Source of the DNA: Methanobrevibacter sp.
GTDB taxonomy: Archaea; Methanobacteriota; Methanobacteria; Methanobacteriales; Methanobacteriaceae
Direction of reading: 5' to 3'
DNA: 64,000 bases
Assembly (NCBI GenBank): GCA_017459665.1
Contig: JAFUCN010000063.1
Location: 354 to 64,353, forward strand
Position numbers and translations under genes: made by a program
The notes under the pieces: model-generated
The model's database searches: none
What the model was told of the DNA's origin: nothing
Seen by the model: only the letters and a program-made list of their open reading frames with translations
Part shown: one piece after another, positions 18,532-29,078 of the stretch
Layout of the letters: each line of letters starts with the position of its first letter
How positions within the stretch are numbered: the stretch's first letter is position 1

Positions 18532-20205
18532 ATGTTTAACAATAATAAAATTTTAGTAGTTATTCCTGCTAGAGGGGGTTCAAAGGGAATTCCTCGTAAG
18601 AATATCCGTTTATTAAAACATAAACCATTAATTTCTTATTCTATTGATATTGCAAGAGCATCACAATATGTTGATGATGTGGTAGTAACTACTGACGATT
18701 CTGAAATTGCATTAATCGCCGAAAAATTTGGAGCTAGTGTAATTAGGCGTTCTGGTGAATTGGCTGAAGACAACGTGCCTCTTGATCCAGTTATTTACGA
18801 TGCAATGATTCAAAAAGAAAAACTGGCTTTTGATGAATATGATATTGTTATCACACTTCAACCTACTTCCCCATTACTAAAACCTCAAACTTTAGATTCT
18901 GCAATCGAAAAATTTGAAGATTTTGGTGTTGATAGTGTAATTTCCGTTGTGGATGACAGACACTTAAGTTGGGGTTATGATGAGAATAATCAAAGATACT
19001 TCCCAAATTATATTGAAAGACTTAACAGACAATATTTGCCTAAATCATTTAGGGAAACCGGTGCTATTCTAGCGACTAGACGCTCTTTTGTCCATGAAGA
19101 TTCAAGATTGGGTACTAATATTGATTTGGTCGAAGTATCCAGAGAAGAAAGTGTTGACATTGACAATTATGATGATTGGTGGATTGCTGAAAATTACCTT
19201 CAAAAGAAAAGAATAGCTATCGTTGTAAATGCATACGATGAAATAGGCACGGGCCATGTTTACAGATGTTTGTCAATTGCTTCAAAACTGGTATTCCATG
19301 AAGCATTGTTTTTCTTAAATGAAAATCATCAATTGGGAATCGATATTGTTGACAATCATAATTATGTATATAAAACCTATAAAAACAAAGATAATTTATT
19401 TGAGCTTTTAAGAGAATTTAACCCTCATATTGTTGTCAATGATATATTGGACACTACTTCAGAATACGTAACAGCTTTAAAAAATGACGGTTATTTTGTT
19501 GTTAATTTTGAAGATTTAGGAACTGGTACTGATGTTGCCGATGTGGTGTTTGATGCATTATACGAACATGACTTGGGTAAGAACAATATTTTCACAGGAC
19601 ATAAATATTACATTTTAAAGGATGAATTCTACTTCCAGCCTCAAAAAATCATCACTAGTGAGATTAATAATGTCTTGATTACGTTTGGCGGAACCGACCC
19701 TAATAATTTATCTCAAAAGGTGCTTGATGCTATTTTGACAACAAATTATGAAGGAAGAATCAATGTTATTTTGGGATTGGGTTATGGTGATGTTGAAGGA
19801 TTCGTTTCTAGATATGAATCTAATCCTGCAGTTCAGATTTACCAGAATGTTTCCAATATAAGTGAATTCATGTTTAAAGCGGATATCATATTCACATCTG
19901 CTGGAAGGACCATGTATGAAATCTGTTCGATTGGAGTTCCAACAATATGTTTATGCCAGAATGACCGAGAAGTAACTCATGTATTTGGAAATCAGAATAA
20001 TGGATTTATAAACATGGGGCTTGGTGAAAATGTTGGAAGGCCTGAAATTGTCGTACAATTTATCAGTTTAATGAATAATTTTGATTCCAGAGTGGAAATG
20101 AATAAAAAGATGACTCACATTGATTTAAGAAATGGATTTGAGAATATTCAATCCATTGTTAAGGAGAAATATAGAGAATTCGAGTTAAATAAACGATTGG
20201 AGTAA
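18532..20205 (+). CDS. Fused CMP-nonulosonate synthetase (NeuA/PseF-like) and PseG/SpsG-like nucleotide-sugar hydrolase
   Basis: N-terminal PARGGSKGIPRKN, LQPTSP and DID; C-terminal GTGHVYRC and FGGTD. Confidence 0.88.
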   Translation: MFNNNKILVVIPARGGSKGIPRKNIRLLKHKPLISYSIDIARASQYVDDVVVTTDDSEIALIAEKFGASVIRRSGELAEDNVPLDPVIYDAMIQKEKLAFDEYDIVITLQPTSPLLKPQTLDSAIEKFEDFGVDSVISVVDDRHLSWGYDENNQRYFPNYIERLNRQYLPKSFRETGAILATRRSFVHEDSRLGTNIDLVEVSREESVDIDNYDDWWIAENYLQKKRIAIVVNAYDEIGTGHVYRCLSIASKLVFHEALFFLNENHQLGIDIVDNHNYVYKTYKNKDNLFELLREFNPHIVVNDILDTTSEYVTALKNDGYFVVNFEDLGTGTDVADVVFDALYEHDLGKNNIFTGHKYYILKDEFYFQPQKIITSEINNVLITFGGTDPNNLSQKVLDAILTTNYEGRINVILGLGYGDVEGFVSRYESNPAVQIYQNVSNISEFMFKADIIFTSAGRTMYEICSIGVPTICLCQNDREVTHVFGNQNNGFINMGLGENVGRPEIVVQFISLMNNFDSRVEMNKKMTHIDLRNGFENIQSIVKEKYREFELNKRLE

Positions 20206-20211
20206 TTTTTC

Positions 20212-21264
20212 ATGAATATATTTAATAAAAAACCCTTTTTGATAGCAGAAATTGGTGTTAATTTTTATGATATTGCCAAAAAAGAAGGAATTTCTGATAT
20301 GGATGCTGCTAAACTAATGATTGATGAAGCTAAAAAATGTGGTGTCGATGCAGTTAAGTTTCAATCATATAAGGCAGAAACTATAGCTTCACGTAACTCT
20401 CCTGCATACTGGGATTTGTCTGAAGAACCGACAACTTCTCAATTCGAATTATTTAAAAAATTCGATAAATTCGGAGTCGAGGAGTACAGGCAATTGGCAG
20501 ATTACTGTAAAAATGTAGGAATCATGTTTTTATCAACACCTTTTGATTTTGCCTCTGTTGATTATCTGGATGATTTCATGGATATTTATAAGATTTCTTC
20601 TTCAGATTTGACAAATATTCCGTTTATTAAATATATTGCAAGTAAAAACAAACCAATATTGCTTTCAACTGGAGCATCAACATTATCCGAAATAAAACAA
20701 GCTGTTGATGCAATAGAAGAAGTATCTGACGTGGATATTGCAATAATGCATTGTGTTTTATCATATCCAACCGCATATGAAGATGCAAATCTTTTAATGA
20801 TTAAAGATTTAGCGGAACACTTTCCAGATTATGAAATCGGATATTCTGATCACACAAAGCCTGATGAAAACATGGCGGTTTTAACAACTGCATATAATTA
20901 TGGAGCCACAATTCTTGAAAAGCATTTCACATTAGATAAAACATTGCAGGGCAATGACCATTACCATGGAATGAATCCAAAGGATGTAGTTAAATTTTGG
21001 AATGGCATTGACTTTTTATCAAAAATTAATGGTATGAAAAATAAACAGCCATTGATTTGCGAGTCTTCTGCAAGAAAAGAGGCAAGAAGATCCATTGTTG
21101 CTTTAAGAGACATTAAAAAAGGTGAAGAAATTTCCAGAGATGACCTTACATTTAAAAGGCCTGGAACCGGAATTTATCCGTCTGAAATTGAAAATGTTGT
21201 TGGAAAAGTTGCTAAGGAAGATATTCCTGAAGATACATTACTTGAATTTGACATGTTGGAATAA
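20212..21264 (+). CDS. Nonulosonic acid synthase (NeuB/PseI family) with SAF domain
   Basis: IAEIGVN, AVKFQ, STPFD, GYSDHT, EKHFTLD, RRS, KRPGTG. Confidence 0.93.
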   Translation: MNIFNKKPFLIAEIGVNFYDIAKKEGISDMDAAKLMIDEAKKCGVDAVKFQSYKAETIASRNSPAYWDLSEEPTTSQFELFKKFDKFGVEEYRQLADYCKNVGIMFLSTPFDFASVDYLDDFMDIYKISSSDLTNIPFIKYIASKNKPILLSTGASTLSEIKQAVDAIEEVSDVDIAIMHCVLSYPTAYEDANLLMIKDLAEHFPDYEIGYSDHTKPDENMAVLTTAYNYGATILEKHFTLDKTLQGNDHYHGMNPKDVVKFWNGIDFLSKINGMKNKQPLICESSARKEARRSIVALRDIKKGEEISRDDLTFKRPGTGIYPSEIENVVGKVAKEDIPEDTLLEFDMLE

Positions 21265-21276
21265 TTTGGTGTTTTA

Positions 21277-22698
21277 ATGGATTTTAGTGTTCAAGAGATT
21301 TGTGAAGTATTTTTTAACCTTGAAGAAAAATACAATCTTAATTATCAGGAAATTCAAGGTTGTTATCCTTGGCAATTAATTAGGATGTTTTTATACTATG
21401 ACATTACAAGAAGAACACAAACATTTGGAGCGCCACAACAACAATCATTGTCTGTTTTTGATAAGATTAAATCATTCATTCCTTTTGTGAAAAATAGCAT
21501 ATTTCACAATCCTTTTAGAGGTAAACAAAATAAAGATATATTGATTTTTGACCATCCTCGTAAAGTAATCTACAATGGTGAGTATTGTGATATTTATAGT
21601 AACTTTTTAGTCGATTTTCTAAAGGATTCACATTCTTTTGAAGTTTTAGAAGCTCCTTATCTAAATGAACATTTCACAAAAAAGCAATCCTACATTAAAT
21701 ACACCGATAGGATTCAGTTAGGTTCGTATATATATAAAAAATTTAATAAGGTCAAATTCAGCGAAAATGAAAAGAATCTAATTTCAAAAGTTAAAAAAGA
21801 ACTTGAGGATGCTTTTAATTTAGAAATTAACTTGGAATGGATTTTAACAATTCATATTCTCAATTTTACTTATGATTATAAAAAATACACGCAATTATTT
21901 AAAAAACGAAAGCCTAAAATGATATTTGTTGTTGTAGCATATGAAAATCAGGCTATTGTTGCAGCGGCTAAAGATTTGGGAATTACTGTTGTAGAACTTC
22001 AGCATGGTACCATTACAGATTATCATTTAGGTTATTCTTATCCAAAAAAGTCCAGATTAAATGGTGAGATTAAATATTTCCCGGATAAGATATTGACTTT
22101 TGGTGATTATTGGATTAATGAGAAAACTTGCCCAATTGATTCTAGAAACATTATTCCAATTGGTTTTCCTTATTTTGAAGTCCAATCAAAGGATTTCATT
22201 AATATTCCTGCCAAAAGCAATCAGGTCCTGTTTATATCTCAGGGAGTTATTGGGAAATATTTGTCAAAAGTTGCATTTGAGCTTGCAAAGGAAATTGAAG
22301 GCTATGAAATTATATATAAATTGCATCCGGGGGAATATGCGACCTGGAGAGAAAATTATCCTGAATTGGTAGAAGCTTCTGCATTTGGTAATTTTAAAGT
22401 GATTGACAATAGTGAAACTCCATTATATAAACTATTTGCAGAGTCTAACTATCAGGTGGGCGCATTTTCAACTGCTATTTATGAAGGGTTGATGTTTAAC
22501 TGTAAAACTTTCATTTTGGATGTTCCTGGTGTTGAATATTTAAATGATTTGATTAATAAGGGTTATGTTTTCAAAATTTCTGATGCTTATGATTTAATTG
22601 ATAATCTGGATGAATTTAAACCGGTTGATCATGATAAAAATTTCTTTTTTAAGAATTTGGATGAAAAACTGCTGAAGAGAGTGATTGATAATGGATGA
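21277..22698 (+). CDS. Putative nonulosonate (sialyl-like) transferase, GT-B fold
   Basis: ELQHG, KLHPGE and FSTAIYEG motifs; located between the NeuB-family gene and the flippase. Confidence 0.65.
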   Translation: MDFSVQEICEVFFNLEEKYNLNYQEIQGCYPWQLIRMFLYYDITRRTQTFGAPQQQSLSVFDKIKSFIPFVKNSIFHNPFRGKQNKDILIFDHPRKVIYNGEYCDIYSNFLVDFLKDSHSFEVLEAPYLNEHFTKKQSYIKYTDRIQLGSYIYKKFNKVKFSENEKNLISKVKKELEDAFNLEINLEWILTIHILNFTYDYKKYTQLFKKRKPKMIFVVVAYENQAIVAAAKDLGITVVELQHGTITDYHLGYSYPKKSRLNGEIKYFPDKILTFGDYWINEKTCPIDSRNIIPIGFPYFEVQSKDFINIPAKSNQVLFISQGVIGKYLSKVAFELAKEIEGYEIIYKLHPGEYATWRENYPELVEASAFGNFKVIDNSETPLYKLFAESNYQVGAFSTAIYEGLMFNCKTFILDVPGVEYLNDLINKGYVFKISDAYDLIDNLDEFKPVDHDKNFFFKNLDEKLLKRVIDNG

Positions 22699-24127
22699 AT
22701 ATGTTCAATTTATTAAAAGAATAGGAGTTGTAGGTATTGCTAATATCTTAATATCTCTTAGTGGACTGATATTTATCCCAATTATCACAAAAAACTTTTC
22801 AACAGCAAATTATGGTGTTTGGGCTCAGGTCAATACGGTTATTGCGTTGGTGCCGAATGTTGTTAATTTAGGTCTTCCATATACTATGGTGAGATTTTTA
22901 GCAGCTGAAAAGGATAAATCCATAATTAAACAGTCATTTTATTCCATGATGCTTTTAGTTTTAGCTTCAACACTGGTGATGGTTGTTGTATTTATTGTAT
23001 TTTCATCTCAAATCGCTAATGCCCTTTTTGATGGAAGTATGCAGATAATGGCGATTGTGACTGTGATTTCATTTTTAGCTTGTTTAAATCTGATGCTTTT
23101 AAGCTATTTCAGAACATTTCAAAGAATTGCATATTATTCTGGTTTTTTAGTATTGCAAACTTATATTGGTGTTGGGGTGAGTATTGTTCTAACATTGATG
23201 CATTATTCCATTGAATTTGTTGTTTTAGGTTTATTGGCCGGTTATTTACTCACGTTTATAGCAATGGCATTTTTAATTGTTCGTGAGTTGGGTTTTACTA
23301 CAAAACTTAAGAGTTTGCGTGATGAGTTAAAATTTGCAATTCCTACTGTTCCAAACAATGTTTCATCATGGGTTGTTGACTCAAGCGATAAGTTTGTAAT
23401 AGGGATATTTTTAGGATCTGCTGCTGTGGGATGTTATTCTCCAGGTTATGCTCTTGGAAGTATTCTTTTAATGTTTTTAACTCCGTTTGCAGTTTTGCTT
23501 CCTGCAGTTCTTCCGGAATATTTTGAAGCGGGGGACATGGAAAAAGTTGATACGTTTTTAAGTTATTCCATGAAATATTATCTTTTAATTACTGTTCCTG
23601 CAGCTGTAGGAATGAGTCTTCTTTCAAAACCATTATTATACATTTTAACAACTGAAATTATTGCAAATCAAGGATTTATGGTCACTCCATTGGTTGCGCT
23701 TGGAGCAATATTTATGGGAATCTATGGTATTTCAAATAATATTATCATTTTAGAGAAAAAAACTACAATCTTAGGTTATATTTGGATTAGTGTAGCTATT
23801 TTAAATGTTGTTTTAAATATTTTCGCAGTACCTTACCTTGGAATATTTGGAGCAGGACTTGCAACATTGATTTGTTATTTCTTTGCATTTGCTGTGACTC
23901 TAATTTATTCAAAAAGATATGCTCGTTTGCCATTTGATTATAAATCAATTGCTAAAATATTGATTGCTTCAGCAATTATGGGTGTTTTTGTAAAAATGGC
24001 AAACCCTTATGGTATTGTTAATATTTTAATTGTGATTGCAATTGCTGTTGTTATTTATTTCGTGGTATTGTTCTTACTTAAAGGAATTGATAAAAAAGAA
24101 ATAGATTTGATTAAAGGAATGATTTAA
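22691..24127 (+). CDS. Oligosaccharide flippase (Wzx/MOP family)
   Basis: About 12-14 hydrophobic segments; YG in the first loop, SDKFVIG...AVGCYS. Confidence 0.9.
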   Translation: MDEYVQFIKRIGVVGIANILISLSGLIFIPIITKNFSTANYGVWAQVNTVIALVPNVVNLGLPYTMVRFLAAEKDKSIIKQSFYSMMLLVLASTLVMVVVFIVFSSQIANALFDGSMQIMAIVTVISFLACLNLMLLSYFRTFQRIAYYSGFLVLQTYIGVGVSIVLTLMHYSIEFVVLGLLAGYLLTFIAMAFLIVRELGFTTKLKSLRDELKFAIPTVPNNVSSWVVDSSDKFVIGIFLGSAAVGCYSPGYALGSILLMFLTPFAVLLPAVLPEYFEAGDMEKVDTFLSYSMKYYLLITVPAAVGMSLLSKPLLYILTTEIIANQGFMVTPLVALGAIFMGIYGISNNIIILEKKTTILGYIWISVAILNVVLNIFAVPYLGIFGAGLATLICYFFAFAVTLIYSKRYARLPFDYKSIAKILIASAIMGVFVKMANPYGIVNILIVIAIAVVIYFVVLFLLKGIDKKEIDLIKGMI

Positions 24128-24615
24128 TGGAATTTTCCTTCTTTTTTTAGTTTTTCATAATGTTCAATATCTCTATTTTTAAAGACTTTTGCAGGATGGC
24201 CTCCAGCTATTGCATATTTTGGTATGTCTTTAACCACTACGCTTCCTGCTTGTATAATTGAACCTTCTCCAAGCGTTACTCCAGGCAATATTATTACTCT
24301 GTTTCCAAGCCACACATTGTCTTCGATAACAACATCCTTGGAGATTATCGTGTCATCATAGGGTATTGCTTTTCCTTTATCGTAGTTATGGATGCTTGTA
24401 ATTATCATGCATTCAATTCCTGAGTGGAAATTATCTCCTATAATTACATTGCCAGATCCTTGAATTTTCATTCCATTAAAATTAACATTGTTGCCTAGAA
24501 CTGTATTTGGCGTAGTGTAACTTTCACCATTTACCTTGAAGTTATTTCCATAACTTTTAGCAACCCTCTTACATCTATGTAAGTATATTTTTTTCTTAAT
24601 TTTGTCAATAATCAT
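24124..24615 (-). CDS. Hexapeptide-repeat O-acetyltransferase
   Basis: VVIEDNVWLG, ILPGVTLG, AGSVVVKD, GGHPAK. Confidence 0.9.
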   Translation of the reverse strand: MIIDKIKKKIYLHRCKRVAKSYGNNFKVNGESYTTPNTVLGNNVNFNGMKIQGSGNVIIGDNFHSGIECMIITSIHNYDKGKAIPYDDTIISKDVVIEDNVWLGNRVIILPGVTLGEGSIIQAGSVVVKDIPKYAIAGGHPAKVFKNRDIEHYEKLKKEGKFH

Positions 24616-24643
24616 ATAAATCTAAAAATAAAAAAAGAAAAAA

Positions 24644-26170
24644 TTAAATTTCAGAAGAACAATCTGCAGAATATCTGTTAATTAAAACAGCACATTTGTC
24701 AATTGTTTCAGAATCTAATTTTATTGTACTTGCCTGGATTTTATTTAATAACTCTTCAATAAATAAGTCTTCATCAGTTAAAGGCATATTTATTACAACA
24801 ACTTCATTGTTTATAAACCCAACAAGAGGTTCAACAAAGCAGTTTTTGATGTTGTTGTCATTGAGGAAGTTAATTAAATCTTCACCCAAACTAAGTGCTT
24901 TTTGTTTGATTTTATTGTCTTGTGAAAATTTAGCCTGTTTTGTTGTGTATCTAAATCTTCTTGAATTTCCCATGCTTGGAATTTCTTCAATTTTAGTTTC
25001 ATCAGTTTCAGTAGATCCAATTAAGTTTAGATTTTCATTTTCTGCTTCTAATCTAAGTTTTGGATTGTACTTTTGGGAAAGAAGAGCATAAATTCCAGTT
25101 GGGCCAACAACTAAGTGGTTAATTCCAGAATTGGATGTAGGAATTTTAACATTATAAAAGACATAATAATCTTCAGGAAGTGTTAACAAGTGTTCTCTGA
25201 TAATTCTTGTTCTTTCTTCTACTTCTTTTACATCTCTTGTTTTATAAATACCATAACATAAGATAATTACTCCAACAAATAATGCAATAATGCCCGCACC
25301 ACTGTTAATGAGAAGAATTTCGGCAATACTTAATATAAAAATAATCGCTCCAATGATAATGAGAATATGATTATTATCTAGGTTTTTAATATCAAAACCT
25401 TTATTTTCATCTTCATCAATCAAAATGCTTGATTTTCTCATTTCTTCTCCTGGTTCTTTCATGCTTATTTTATCAAGAAGGCCTCCGGATTTTTCGGAAG
25501 TTTTTGTATTTCTTGGATAGTATTCGTCCAGTCCTTTGAAGAATTCATCCTTGAGGAAATTTTTCAAGATGTTATAATCGTCAGTTTTAGGAACAGCGAA
25601 TTCTTTTCCAAATTTTGATAAAACAGATTGAGGAATTGTAGTTCTGGCAGTTTTTACATCATCTTCTAACTCTTGTTCTTTCATTTCATCATCTGCAATT
25701 TGAAGCATTCTCTCTTCTGAAAAGAAATTTTCGAGTTTACCAGTAATTGATTTTATGGAAGGTATGTTATCTTCTGTTTTTAATTCTTCAGATGTTGGTT
25801 CTTTAGCTATGTTTTCTTTTCTAATAGCGTCAACTTCTTTTTTCCTCTCTTCAAGATATTTGTCTAATTCTTTATTCATATCTTCATCTAAATATCTTAG
25901 AGGGCCTCCACAACTGTCACATTCATAATCAAGGATGCTGTCGCTGCTTTTGATTTTAAATTTTAATCCACAGTCTTGGCATTGTACAATATATGAACTA
26001 TCATACCTGATTGAATCTATAAATGAATTGTTGGATTTGTTTTCACTATCAGAATAGTCTTCTAAATATTCTAAATCTCCTGCACATGAAGAACACTCGA
26101 ATGTTGCGATATCGTCATCATCATCGAGTTGGTATTTTGCACCACAGTTCTTACAGCATACAACTTTCAT
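24644..26170 (-). CDS. Membrane protein with two N-terminal Zn ribbons and a degenerate NERD-like domain
   Basis: CKNC/CSSC and CQDC/CDSC pairs, two TM helices, LPEDYYVFYNV...INHLVVGPTGIY. Confidence 0.75.
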   Translation of the reverse strand: MKVVCCKNCGAKYQLDDDDDIATFECSSCAGDLEYLEDYSDSENKSNNSFIDSIRYDSSYIVQCQDCGLKFKIKSSDSILDYECDSCGGPLRYLDEDMNKELDKYLEERKKEVDAIRKENIAKEPTSEELKTEDNIPSIKSITGKLENFFSEERMLQIADDEMKEQELEDDVKTARTTIPQSVLSKFGKEFAVPKTDDYNILKNFLKDEFFKGLDEYYPRNTKTSEKSGGLLDKISMKEPGEEMRKSSILIDEDENKGFDIKNLDNNHILIIIGAIIFILSIAEILLINSGAGIIALFVGVIILCYGIYKTRDVKEVEERTRIIREHLLTLPEDYYVFYNVKIPTSNSGINHLVVGPTGIYALLSQKYNPKLRLEAENENLNLIGSTETDETKIEEIPSMGNSRRFRYTTKQAKFSQDNKIKQKALSLGEDLINFLNDNNIKNCFVEPLVGFINNEVVVINMPLTDEDLFIEELLNKIQASTIKLDSETIDKCAVLINRYSADCSSEI

Positions 26171-26236
26171 AATATCCTCTTTAATTGCATTTATGATATT
26201 ATTTTTTAATTTTTTTTATTATATATGTTTCTAAAA

Positions 26237-27403
26237 TTAGCAAATGCAAGATTGATAAACCTTTTCCATTTCTTTTTCAATCTTGTCCCAATTGTATTTT
26301 TCAATGATTAACTTTTTGCCGGTTTTTCCAAAGCGTTTTGATAATTCTTCATCATTTAAAAGCTTTTCAATACATCCTGCTAGTTGGTTTTCATTAAATT
26401 CACATGTAAGGCCAGCATTTCCTTCAATCCAATTGTGAATATGGTTATTTTTTGTCATCACAATCGGCTTTTCACAGGCCATTGCTTCAAGAGTGCTCAC
26501 TCCAAAAGACTCGTATCTTGAAGGAATAACAAATAAATCACAATCGATTAATGCTTCTTTTTTAGCATCATCAATTAGCACTCCTGGGAAAATTACTTTG
26601 TCTTTTAGATTAAACTCTGAAATTAGTTGGTTCAACTCTTGTTTAAAGCCATAGTCTCCACCAACAATGGCCAATTTAACATTGTCATTGTCAATTCTAT
26701 TGAATGCTTTAATTAATAAATCCAAACCTTTAATTTTGTTGATTCTTCCTAAAAACAGTATTAATTTTTCATCAGGTGAAATTCCATATTTTGATTTGAA
26801 ATTTCCTTTTTGAGGTAGGAAATTAAAGTCGTCTAGTTCCACTCCCGTTGGAACAATTTCAATTAATTCTTCTTTTACTCCCATATCGATATATTGTGCT
26901 TTTTCAACTTCAGTTTCAGCAATCAACTTGTGAGCATCGTATAGAATGTCAAAACCCCATAATTTATCGAATATTTCTTTAAGTTTTTCTTTTTGAAAAA
27001 AAGGCAGGACAGATCCGTGAGCGTGTAAAACATAGGGAATATTATTTTTTTTAGCATATTTGTGTGTTAAAATAGCCAAAGAATGTCTATGCTCATGGAT
27101 ATGGACTATATCAAAATTATCAATGTTATTTTTCAAATTGCTGTTTAATCCTAATGGTGTATCAATAGTTAACTTATTTTTAACATTATTCGAAATATTT
27201 TTAAAATAAAAAACATTAATTCCATCAACATTGACATTGTAGTTGTTTTCAAATTTCAATCGGTTTTTACAACTGTCTGTGGTGTATACAACTACATTAT
27301 GCCCATTTTCTGCTTGTTTTTTTGCAATTTTATAAGATGAGTTTACTACGCCACCTGCAGAAAAACAAGGGGCAAATGATGGGACTACATGTAAAATATT
27401 CAT
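26237..27403 (-). CDS. GT4 glycosyltransferase
   Basis: AGG N-terminal loop, FLGRINKIKG, ESFGVSTLE (E-x7-E). Confidence 0.93.
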   Translation of the reverse strand: MNILHVVPSFAPCFSAGGVVNSSYKIAKKQAENGHNVVVYTTDSCKNRLKFENNYNVNVDGINVFYFKNISNNVKNKLTIDTPLGLNSNLKNNIDNFDIVHIHEHRHSLAILTHKYAKKNNIPYVLHAHGSVLPFFQKEKLKEIFDKLWGFDILYDAHKLIAETEVEKAQYIDMGVKEELIEIVPTGVELDDFNFLPQKGNFKSKYGISPDEKLILFLGRINKIKGLDLLIKAFNRIDNDNVKLAIVGGDYGFKQELNQLISEFNLKDKVIFPGVLIDDAKKEALIDCDLFVIPSRYESFGVSTLEAMACEKPIVMTKNNHIHNWIEGNAGLTCEFNENQLAGCIEKLLNDEELSKRFGKTGKKLIIEKYNWDKIEKEMEKVYQSCIC

Positions 27404-27408
27404 AGTAA

Positions 27409-28986
27409 TTATATTGATTTTTCATATAAATATAATTTATCAATACTTTTTAACTCTCTAAAATTGTCTAAATCATTTTTAGGGATATCTGAAATATAAT
27501 AGGCAATATTGGCATTTTCAATTTCGGTGGTGTTATTGCTTTCAATTCCAGTTACATTCTCGCCTAAATACCAGTGATAGGGTCTCATGTTATAAACGCC
27601 AATAGTCTGATTTTCGTAATCGGGAATTTCACTTTTTATGTAATCGGACATTTCTTGGGGTGCTATAAACTGATTTGTATCTTCAAATGCAAAGCAAAGT
27701 GTAAATCCTTGGAGTAAGAACAGAATAATTAATATAATTGGGATGATATTATTATTAAGTTTTATCTTTTCATGGATTAATTCAATGCTGGATAGGATTA
27801 GATAAACCAGTGGTGGAATAGTTGGGATGATGTATCTGTTTACTTTGATTGAGAAATAACTGAAGAAAATAAAGTAAACCAATATCCAACTAAGCATGAC
27901 GGTTCCAGTTTTATTGTCACTATCTTTTCCAAGTAATAATAATCCTAAAAAGACCAATAGGATTGTAATGAATGAGGATATGTGATTAAAACTTAGTAAT
28001 GATGCTAATAAAATAGCAAAACCTATGATTTTATATTTTTTTAGTTCAAATTTGTTTTTAATAACAAATAATAATGATCCTATTGTTAAAATTGTTAAAA
28101 TAATGTATGATTGTATATTTGGATTTTCCAAAACAGGGGTTCGATTTGCAAAGCTTATTTTTGTAGCAGAAATAAAATTGATGAAATTCACAAGATAATA
28201 ACTTATGTCAGTATTGTAGGCCAAATCAGTTGCAGAACCTTTCCTACCAATCATTCCGCTTGAAATTTGGGCATTAGCACCAAGATATCCATTTCCCATA
28301 ATCATTATCGGAATTATGATAATTGCTGAGATAAACAGGCCAAATAAAATTCCTCTTAAAATATATTTTAAATCATTGTTTTCTATTTTAAATCCTTTGC
28401 TGTATAAATAATACAATGCCAAAACAGGTAAAATTAAAATTACCGTGTATCTTGTGAAAAATCCAATTACAATTGTTGGAATCAATATCTGGTAATATTT
28501 GGGGTTATTTTTCACTGAGATTAATGTAAAAAGCACAATCCAAATGGTAATGCTTACTGCAGAAATGTCCACGCTGCCATTTGCAAACCAAGTCAAGTAA
28601 ATTGCAGAGGTAGAATAAATTACAACTCCACAAAAACTTAATATTTCATTAAATCTTTGTTTCAATAATAAATAGAAGCCAATATTTCCCAATATTGCAA
28701 AAATTGCAGAGATGATTAGTATAGCAATCTGATTTTTAAAGCCAAAATAAAAGAAAACAGAAGTTAAAAAGCAAATAACTGGTGATAAACTGATGGTATG
28801 GGTGGAATTTATATTTGTCCCAGTGAAGTAAAGCGCATTTAAAAGATAAACGTAAATGTCGGAGCAATAAATTCCTAACTTCATGTTAAAATCAATGTAA
28901 TAAATACTTAAAATCAGACCAAGTATAATTATTGCTCCCAAGAAATAGGAATCTTTTTTGTTTAAATTAAAATCTTTCAAATGCAT
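27409..28986 (-). CDS. GT-C fold membrane glycosyltransferase (ArnT/PMT-like)
   Basis: Multi-TM protein with SDIYVY in the first loop, FFTRYT and NRYIIP. Confidence 0.8.
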   Translation of the reverse strand: MHLKDFNLNKKDSYFLGAIIILGLILSIYYIDFNMKLGIYCSDIYVYLLNALYFTGTNINSTHTISLSPVICFLTSVFFYFGFKNQIAILIISAIFAILGNIGFYLLLKQRFNEILSFCGVVIYSTSAIYLTWFANGSVDISAVSITIWIVLFTLISVKNNPKYYQILIPTIVIGFFTRYTVILILPVLALYYLYSKGFKIENNDLKYILRGILFGLFISAIIIIPIMIMGNGYLGANAQISSGMIGRKGSATDLAYNTDISYYLVNFINFISATKISFANRTPVLENPNIQSYIILTILTIGSLLFVIKNKFELKKYKIIGFAILLASLLSFNHISSFITILLVFLGLLLLGKDSDNKTGTVMLSWILVYFIFFSYFSIKVNRYIIPTIPPLVYLILSSIELIHEKIKLNNNIIPIILIILFLLQGFTLCFAFEDTNQFIAPQEMSDYIKSEIPDYENQTIGVYNMRPYHWYLGENVTGIESNNTTEIENANIAYYISDIPKNDLDNFRELKSIDKLYLYEKSI

Positions 28987-29078
28987 GTTACTATTTTATT
29001 TGTAATTTAAATAATAATACTTTTTCAAAAATTTTAAATTATAATGGTAACAAAATATGTATAATCAAGAGGGATGAA

